From a virus (taxonomy: Duplodnaviria; Caudoviricetes), in the IMG/VR virus record IMGVR_UViG_3300020470_000058, positions 1 to 39,160 of that record: a stretch of 39,160 nt of DNA, one strand, 5' to 3'. Positions 18,935 to 24,420 of the stretch are shown here, piece after piece (within the stretch, counting starts at the first letter, position 1; the number at the start of each line of letters is the position of its first letter). A program made the translations under genes and the position numbers. Below the pieces are notes generated by a model that was not told the origin of the DNA, searched no databases, and saw only the letters and a program-made list of their open reading frames with translations.

Positions 18935-20278
18935 TTACCATCCAGACATGAAATGTGATTGTAGTCTTATTTGTCCACCTAAAACAGGTGCTGCGAGTGC
19001 TCCACCGAAACTAATTGCAACATCACTAATGTTGTTAGTAGATAGTAGAGTTGCATCTGCGTTGGGAAACTGTATAGAAACTGCCCCTTCAATGTTTGAT
19101 GCGTCAACCGTAACAACCCCATTAAGGTTGTTAGGATTATTTATCTTCATCAATTCCATCGTTTTATTATACAGTGTCTGAGTTTTCTTCTCAGAAACTA
19201 GCATATTAGGATCAGTACCATTATTCAATGGTGCTGTTGGTTCATTGTCAGGAAAAGCAAAGGTATAGGACTGGTTGTCCTCTATATTAGATAGATCGAA
19301 TTGGATCTTTCTACCTTCTCCATCACTAGGATCAGTATCGCAGAATACTGCCCCTTTGAAAACTTTGTTAGAAATTGTTTGTGCTGATTCTTCACCTACA
19401 ACCTTAATGTTGAGGTCTGGCCATACAACATTACGATCCTGAGTTAATCCTGATTGATCAAATATTACATATCTCGTAGGGTTATTCTCATCGTTAGATG
19501 GAGTATTAGAGAATGTAGGATTAACCATATTCTTATTGAAGACATTCTGTTCTGTAATGTCATCAAGAAGAGTTGATTGTGTATTAGACGCACCGAAGTC
19601 AGGTAACTTATATGTATGAGCACCTGGAGATTCCCATGCATCAACCTCAAACTTTGCTATCTTATCAGAAGCAGAGGATCCAATGATCTGTAACTCTGCG
19701 TCCTTAACAAGTATAGTCTTGTTAGTTAAAGTCTGGAAAGTATCATTAGCAACTATAGTAGTACTAGTATTGACACCTACATTGGGTAGGTCAAACCTTC
19801 TGGTACCAGACTGTGTAGAAATAGTATCTACGTTAAAGTGTGCTCTCTTAGCAGGGTTTTGGTCACCTGCAAGATAAAATTGCGTGTCAGTTTGTACTAA
19901 ATCACCATTAACGGTCATATAACCGCTACCTTGTGGTGTTATCTCCACACTAGAAGTTGCAGATGCACTATCGATTGCTCTAATTATTAGAGTTGACGAT
20001 CCATCTGTATTTGCTCTCCTAGTATTGTATAGAGCAGCACTACCAAAGGCAAGACCAATTTCGTCTACTGCACTTTGGTAAATTCCAGTATCTCTGTCCA
20101 AATCAAAAGCCAATCCTGGAGCTGTCGCTGATCCTGCACTAAGACCCCGAAAGAGTTGATTAACCTTTGCCTTTCTATTTGGTATTAGTGGATCAGAAAT
20201 AACTATAGGCAGTACGGCTTCACCAGTTACCAGAGCATCTGAGATTGTTTCTAACTGGGATATACGTTTAGTTGCCAC
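18935..20278 (-). CDS. virion structural/fibre protein with four internal repeats
   Basis: GTG start; TKRISQL N-terminus; repeats ending QTLTNK, QNVFNK, QTISNK, QTLYNK. Confidence 0.75.
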   Translation of the reverse strand: MATKRISQLETISDALVTGEAVLPIVISDPLIPNRKAKVNQLFRGLSAGSATAPGLAFDLDRDTGIYQSAVDEIGLAFGSAALYNTRRANTDGSSTLIIRAIDSASATSSVEITPQGSGYMTVNGDLVQTDTQFYLAGDQNPAKRAHFNVDTISTQSGTRRFDLPNVGVNTSTTIVANDTFQTLTNKTILVKDAELQIIGSSASDKIAKFEVDAWESPGAHTYKLPDFGASNTQSTLLDDITEQNVFNKNMVNPTFSNTPSNDENNPTRYVIFDQSGLTQDRNVVWPDLNIKVVGEESAQTISNKVFKGAVFCDTDPSDGEGRKIQFDLSNIEDNQSYTFAFPDNEPTAPLNNGTDPNMLVSEKKTQTLYNKTMELMKINNPNNLNGVVTVDASNIEGAVSIQFPNADATLLSTNNISDVAISFGGALAAPVLGGQIRLQSHFMSGW

Positions 20279-20306
20279 GAAATTTCAACACAATTTCTTA
20301 CAGTTT

Positions 20307-20314
20307 TATTTATA
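20307..20314 (-). promoter_or_regulatory. T4 late promoter TATAAATA
   Basis: Exact consensus 29 nt upstream of the GTG at 20278, heading the fibre cluster. Confidence 0.85.
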
Positions 20315-20380
20315 CGACTAACGGGCTACCCTTTTCACTAGGTATATGTTAGTAGGCAATAATATTTGTTAAGCAAATAA

Positions 20381-20419
20381 TGGTATTTGTTGATACCAGG
20401 ATATAAATAGTGGTAGAAT
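20381..20419 (+). promoter_or_regulatory. composite promoter: NtcA-like box, sigma70-like -35/extended -10, and T4 late box
   Basis: TGGTA-TTTGTTGA-TACCA (GTA-N8-TAC at 20383-20396); TTGATA 20390-20395, 18 nt, TGgTAGAAT 20411-20419; TATAAATA 20402-20409. Confidence 0.6.
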
Positions 20420-20478
20420 TAGGAAAGACAAGATGAAGTGAAAACTATTTTTGTTATTATCCCCAATTCGAGTATCAT

Positions 20479-20640
20479 ATGCATAACCTTAGACCGCAAA
20501 ATCAATTAGCTGAGTGGAAGCACTCTTCAGACCGTTGCTTAAACACACCACAAGATGAATTAATCGATGATTACTTCTCTTGTCTTATTGAAAGTGACAG
20601 CTATGAGCAAGAAAGACTCTGTAGACATTTGCTCTGCTAA
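20479..20640 (+). CDS. small Cys-containing protein (53 aa, not in ORF track)
   Basis: Hand translation MHNLRPQNQLAEWKHSSDRCLNTPQDELIDDYFSCLIESDSYEQERLCRHLLC*; lies between a promoter and a terminator. Confidence 0.75.
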   Translation: MHNLRPQNQLAEWKHSSDRCLNTPQDELIDDYFSCLIESDSYEQERLCRHLLC

Positions 20641-20701
20641 CTCTGGAGTGTTTCAAACTTTTTCAATCTGCAACAGCGGCTATCGTTATGTGTAGATACT
20701 T

Positions 20702-20722
20702 AACCCCCGAAAGGGGGTTTTT
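20702..20722 (+). terminator. intrinsic terminator between convergent genes
   Basis: AACCCCC-GAAA-GGGGGTT hairpin with GNRA loop, running into TTTTT. Confidence 0.9.
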
Positions 20723-20728
20723 CATTGT

Positions 20729-20926
20729 TCAATAAAATCTCTGGATTGGGTCATTTACTTGGATTTCAATAGTATCAAATAATCTATTAAGTGTATTTGC
20801 AAACTGTCTATATCCAGATCCAACGTACAACTGTCCAAGGAATACAGATACAGTTGCTGCACCCCAGAAGATATAGTAAAATCTACTCTTTACTTGTGCT
20901 CTTCTCTTCTCGCTCTTTAGTGTCAT
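20729..20926 (-). CDS. small membrane protein
   Basis: Basic N-terminus, then hydrophobic FYYIFWGAATVSVFLGQLYV. Confidence 0.75.
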   Translation of the reverse strand: MTLKSEKRRAQVKSRFYYIFWGAATVSVFLGQLYVGSGYRQFANTLNRLFDTIEIQVNDPIQRFY

Positions 20927-21020
20927 TTTGTTTCATACTTTGGACTATTCTATCATAGTCTGATGCACTGTCAAGCAGTGCCTTCTTCAAATCTTCATAA
21001 TCCCATTCGATTTCATCCAT
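20883..21020 (-). CDS. small hypothetical protein (45 aa, not in ORF track)
   Basis: Hand translation MDEIEWDYEDLKKALLDSASDYDRIVQSMKQNDTKEREEKSTSKE*; fills the gap and overlaps both neighbours. Confidence 0.55.
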   Translation of the reverse strand: MDEIEWDYEDLKKALLDSASDYDRIVQSMKQNDTKEREEKSTSKE

Positions 21021-21456
21021 CGGAAAAACTTAGAATTGCTCTTGGTGTACAACTGATAGGTTCATGATATACACCAGCAGGTATGTAAATACCACATCCT
21101 GGCCATATGGTGTATTGTTTACCGTCGTCAAATCTATACTTAGTGGCACCTATCGCACCAACTATGAATACATCTTGACGATCACAATGTCTACCTAGTG
21201 TCTTCGACTGTGGTGTGAATGACACATAGGTATCTAGTAAACCAAATCCAAACTCATGATATACCTTCTCAGCAACAGGCACAAAAGAAGAGGGTAACGT
21301 ATCACCCTCTAATATAACTGTAGGAAGTATTTCATCTGGAGTCTTTTCATTAGAATAACCCCAGTGACCATCCATTACATCACCATTTATCTTTTCGATA
21401 ATCTGATCCCAATGTATATCTACTTGGGTCCAACATGGTAGATGCGTTACACTCAT
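21013..21456 (-). CDS. minimal JmjC/cupin Fe(II)/2OG oxygenase
   Basis: LGRHCDRQDVFIV...PGCGIYIPAGVYHEP...RAILSF (HxD...H...R). Confidence 0.8.
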   Translation of the reverse strand: MSVTHLPCWTQVDIHWDQIIEKINGDVMDGHWGYSNEKTPDEILPTVILEGDTLPSSFVPVAEKVYHEFGFGLLDTYVSFTPQSKTLGRHCDRQDVFIVGAIGATKYRFDDGKQYTIWPGCGIYIPAGVYHEPISCTPRAILSFSDG

Positions 21457-21632
21457 TGTTTCGTTGTATTACTACGTGTACGATTAATGATGCTAATAAA
21501 CTTATCACCTGCAAATGTACCACCAAGACAGACATCTATCTCATCACCATCTTTCCAGTTGGTTTCACCATTCATTTTGGTGTGTTGCATTGCTATTGCA
21601 ATCTTATCAATAACTTCTTGGGTTAATCTCAT
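21453..21632 (-). CDS. small hypothetical protein (59 aa, not in ORF track)
   Basis: Hand translation MRLTQEVIDKIAIAMQHTKMNGETNWKDGDEIDVCLGGTFAGDKFISIINRTRSNTTKQ*; starts 2 nt after the talC stop and ends in an ATGA overlap. Confidence 0.8.
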   Translation of the reverse strand: MRLTQEVIDKIAIAMQHTKMNGETNWKDGDEIDVCLGGTFAGDKFISIINRTRSNTTKQ

Positions 21633-21634
21633 AA

Positions 21635-22333
21635 CTAAAAAGAATCAAGATCTTTACCATGCTTTCCAGTTGCAAATACTGGTGGATTGAATACTGCTTT
21701 CTTAGTTGATTGATAGTCAGCATCAAAAATTTCTAAACCTTTGTCTGTAAGGACATGCTTATACATTCCTTCAAAGATTTTAGGTGGCATGGTAACTATA
21801 TGTGCACCATTCCAGAATGCTCTAGTTACTTTATATACATCACGAATAGATGCAGCAAGTATCTGTGTCTTCTTGACTTGTTGCACTCTAAACACTTCAC
21901 TTATTGATCGGATAACCTCCAACCCAGCAACGCTATTGTCATCCAACCTCCCAATAAAAGGAGAGACGTACGTAGCACCTGCCTTTGCAGATAAGATAGC
22001 CTGAGCAGCATTGAATATAAGCGTAACATTTACTCTAACTCCATCATCAGATAATTTTTTACATACATTTAAACCTTCTGGTGTGCATGGTACCTTAACA
22101 GTACAAACATCGCCAAATTCAGCAGCAAGTCTTCTTGCTTCAAACTCCATGTCTTCTACGACTTCCATACTAATGTCAGGGACACCTGCCATTACAAGTT
22201 CACGATAGACATCTAATGGATCTCGACCACTCTTCTTAATAAGAGATGGATTTGTTGTGATACCATCGATCAACCCAGTCTCAAAATGTTTGAGAATAGT
22301 TGGTACATCAGCAGTATCTAAAAAGATTTTCAT
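21635..22333 (-). CDS. talC: transaldolase (auxiliary metabolic gene)
   Basis: MKIFLDTAD, GITTNPSL, ISMEV (Glu), TVKVP (Schiff-base Lys), NVTLIF, YVSPFIGR (Phe, transaldolase rather than FSA), LAASIR. Confidence 0.97.
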   Translation of the reverse strand: MKIFLDTADVPTILKHFETGLIDGITTNPSLIKKSGRDPLDVYRELVMAGVPDISMEVVEDMEFEARRLAAEFGDVCTVKVPCTPEGLNVCKKLSDDGVRVNVTLIFNAAQAILSAKAGATYVSPFIGRLDDNSVAGLEVIRSISEVFRVQQVKKTQILAASIRDVYKVTRAFWNGAHIVTMPPKIFEGMYKHVLTDKGLEIFDADYQSTKKAVFNPPVFATGKHGKDLDSF

Positions 22334-22596
22334 TCAGGAACTTCCTCGTAGTTTTCAATAAATTCAGTAATAGGAAATAGTAAAGGATGGCACTCCTCTG
22401 CTATCAGATAGTCAGACCAGGTCATCATGTCTTCCATAGTATAACCTGTGGTATCTTCTGCTTCTTCCACAACCTCATCTAATTCTGCCATTGGTTGAGG
22501 TAATTCCTCAAACGTGAAAGGGATACCTTGAATATACCACATATCCACAATTTTGTCATCCAAATAACAGTAATTGCGAGTGATACGTCCTTTCAT
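22330..22596 (-). CDS. acidic hypothetical protein
   Basis: 88 aa, about a quarter Asp/Glu; ATGA-coupled to talC. Confidence 0.75.
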   Translation of the reverse strand: MKGRITRNYCYLDDKIVDMWYIQGIPFTFEELPQPMAELDEVVEEAEDTTGYTMEDMMTWSDYLIAEECHPLLFPITEFIENYEEVPE

Positions 22597-22597
22597 G

Positions 22598-22855
22598 TCA
22601 GAATCCTTGTGTCATCTCCCTCAATGCTCCGTCCACAAATGCTCGTGTACCAACTGGATCTGGGACAAATTCATCAGGGTTTGGAATATTTAGGTCTGGT
22701 TCTTGTGGGTCTTGAGCAACCGATGCTACTGGTGAGATAATGCAGACAATACCCTTGTCAGTAGTGACCTTAAGGGTATGTCCTTTCTCTACTAGGTTCA
22801 ATGAAAAAGGGAGATTGTCTTGCAATTCTCCCTGAGTTAACTCTATGATATTCAT
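22598..22855 (-). CDS. hypothetical protein, possible Phd/YefM antitoxin-like fold
   Basis: N-terminal ELTQGELQDNLPFSLNLVEKGHTLKVTTDKGIVCIISP fits the Phd beta-alpha-alpha-beta-beta pattern; acidic, Pro-rich tail. Confidence 0.45.
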   Translation of the reverse strand: MNIIELTQGELQDNLPFSLNLVEKGHTLKVTTDKGIVCIISPVASVAQDPQEPDLNIPNPDEFVPDPVGTRAFVDGALREMTQGF

Positions 22856-23055
22856 GTGTAAGTAATCATTTCCTCTGGGACAGTTTCACGAAAGTGTTTG
22901 AGTGTTTCAGTAAACCCATCGACTCCATCCTCACTGAACTCCCAAGTCACTATCTCATCATATCCTTCATTATCCATGATTTTTACTTCTCTTTTTGCAA
23001 CGTCCACCCAGATGTGCTCTAGGTAGGTCTCGTTGTCACCTGTAATGTGTGCCAT
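22852..23055 (-). CDS. acidic hypothetical protein
   Basis: 67 aa, about a quarter Asp/Glu; first gene after a sigma70 promoter. Confidence 0.75.
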   Translation of the reverse strand: MAHITGDNETYLEHIWVDVAKREVKIMDNEGYDEIVTWEFSEDGVDGFTETLKHFRETVPEEMITYT

Positions 23056-23079
23056 TTCGATGGGTTTAACTGTAGATAC

Positions 23080-23108
23080 AGTATATATCAGGGATGACCC
23101 CCTGTCAA
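23080..23108 (-). promoter_or_regulatory. sigma70-type early promoter
   Basis: TTGACA-N17-TATACT on the minus strand. Confidence 0.88.
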
Positions 23109-23113
23109 GCCCC

Positions 23114-24310
23114 TTAACACTCGGTCACGATAGCGTTGACACTACCATGTAATTCCTTGGGTGTGGTCTTGTTAAGGAAGTCAACCCAGAATATCTCATT
23201 GACTGAGCACCATACACTATCCTCAGTCTTCCTACCATCTGGTAGTCTAATGTCATTCTCTTGGCAGTATGAGTTGGTGAATCTAATCAAACGTCCTAAA
23301 GGAATGATGATATTCTCTCCTCTAAGTGCATTGGATCCTTTCAACCATGCAGCAGTCTTGATCTTCCTACCTTTAAAGATATAGCAGAATACATCATCAA
23401 CAAACTGATCTGGTGTGATGTTGTTGATGTTAGCAGTCTTTTCAATCTTCTCTTGGAGAAGTGTTAGAAATTGTGTGACTGCCTTAATAGACTTACCATT
23501 GATGATTGTATCTGAGTCAGGTAGATACCTATTAAGAAGTTTCAATGCCTGTGAGCAATTAGCTTCATTGATCTGGATAGCAGATCTAACTGCCCAAGGT
23601 GTCTCACATATCCTAGGGTATTTAAGGTTAGGGAAGAGATGCATCTTACCCTTAATACCGATACCTCGTGATAGTATCCATTCTGTATACTTCACCTCTT
23701 CCTTATCACCAGCAATGAATCCACTGAGACCAGATTGATGTGCCTTCTGTCTTGTCACTTTTTGTGCATCCACATGATGATCATGTGCTTCTGCTTTAAT
23801 CTGCTCCTCTTCAGAGTATTCACCACATACTTTAACACTAGCAGGTATAGAAGCACCTTCACCTAGTGCTAACCATGCTGCTATCACACGGTGCTGTCCT
23901 TTAGTAACAATGAATTGACCAGTCTCACGTACATAATTAACCTCTATTGTACCGCAGGCACTGTATGAGAAGCCCTTGCTATAATAGAGGTTGTTTTCTA
24001 TTGATTTGAAATTAATCTCAACAGTTCTATTGTACGAAGCATCACCTACACATGCATGTACGGGAATGTACGCAGGTGTAGGTGAATCTACTTCAAAATC
24101 TTGTACTACTGTCTCCCAGAAAGGATATTTAATTGGTTTCTCTGGGTTACCTGTTAACTTATTCTTTGCAACTCCCAGATCTCTATACTTCTGGATAGTT
24201 TCTTCATCAAATTGTGCCTTTGCTAAGTCAACAAGGCTGATTAGGTTCCTTTTGTATTCAGGTTGAATATCTGGGTTCGCTAAGGAACTAAGCGTTTCGT
24301 CTAACGACAT
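23114..24310 (-). CDS. ParB/Srx N-terminal-like (DGQHR-type) domain protein
   Basis: D.SYNR...GFS....GTI.V......FIVTKGQHR..AAW...EA...AGD, followed by a helical region; AGGAG RBS. Confidence 0.6.
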   Translation of the reverse strand: MSLDETLSSLANPDIQPEYKRNLISLVDLAKAQFDEETIQKYRDLGVAKNKLTGNPEKPIKYPFWETVVQDFEVDSPTPAYIPVHACVGDASYNRTVEINFKSIENNLYYSKGFSYSACGTIEVNYVRETGQFIVTKGQHRVIAAWLALGEGASIPASVKVCGEYSEEEQIKAEAHDHHVDAQKVTRQKAHQSGLSGFIAGDKEEVKYTEWILSRGIGIKGKMHLFPNLKYPRICETPWAVRSAIQINEANCSQALKLLNRYLPDSDTIINGKSIKAVTQFLTLLQEKIEKTANINNITPDQFVDDVFCYIFKGRKIKTAAWLKGSNALRGENIIIPLGRLIRFTNSYCQENDIRLPDGRKTEDSVWCSVNEIFWVDFLNKTTPKELHGSVNAIVTEC

Positions 24311-24391
24311 GGTTTTTCTCCTAATTTGGGTTTATGGAAATTAAGTGTTAGCGACGCACCTGGTTTAGGAGATGCTTCCAACACTCACATT

Positions 24392-24420
24392 ATTATATAG
24401 GCCGAAAGTGATTTTGTCAA
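24392..24420 (-). promoter_or_regulatory. perfect sigma70 promoter
   Basis: TTGACA-N17-TATAAT on the minus strand; the -35 box overlaps the gp5 TGA stop. Confidence 0.92.

Noticed and set aside
20479-20640. Second CP12
   Set aside because: Cys spacing and C-terminus do not match the FCxxxPxxxECxVYD signature.
20433-20697. Selenoprotein (TGA plus downstream hairpin)
   Set aside because: The TGA is not in frame with the Cys-rich ORF, and the hairpin is over 200 nt away, whereas bacterial SECIS elements follow the UGA directly.
22330-23055. Complete toxin-antitoxin pair
   Set aside because: The neighbours of the Phd-like ORF are acidic and show no toxin motifs.
20279-24416. tRNA genes or CRISPR-like arrays in intergenic gaps
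   Set aside because: No cloverleaf/T-loop motif or regularly spaced repeats seen by eye; the gaps are explained by promoters, leaders and terminators.
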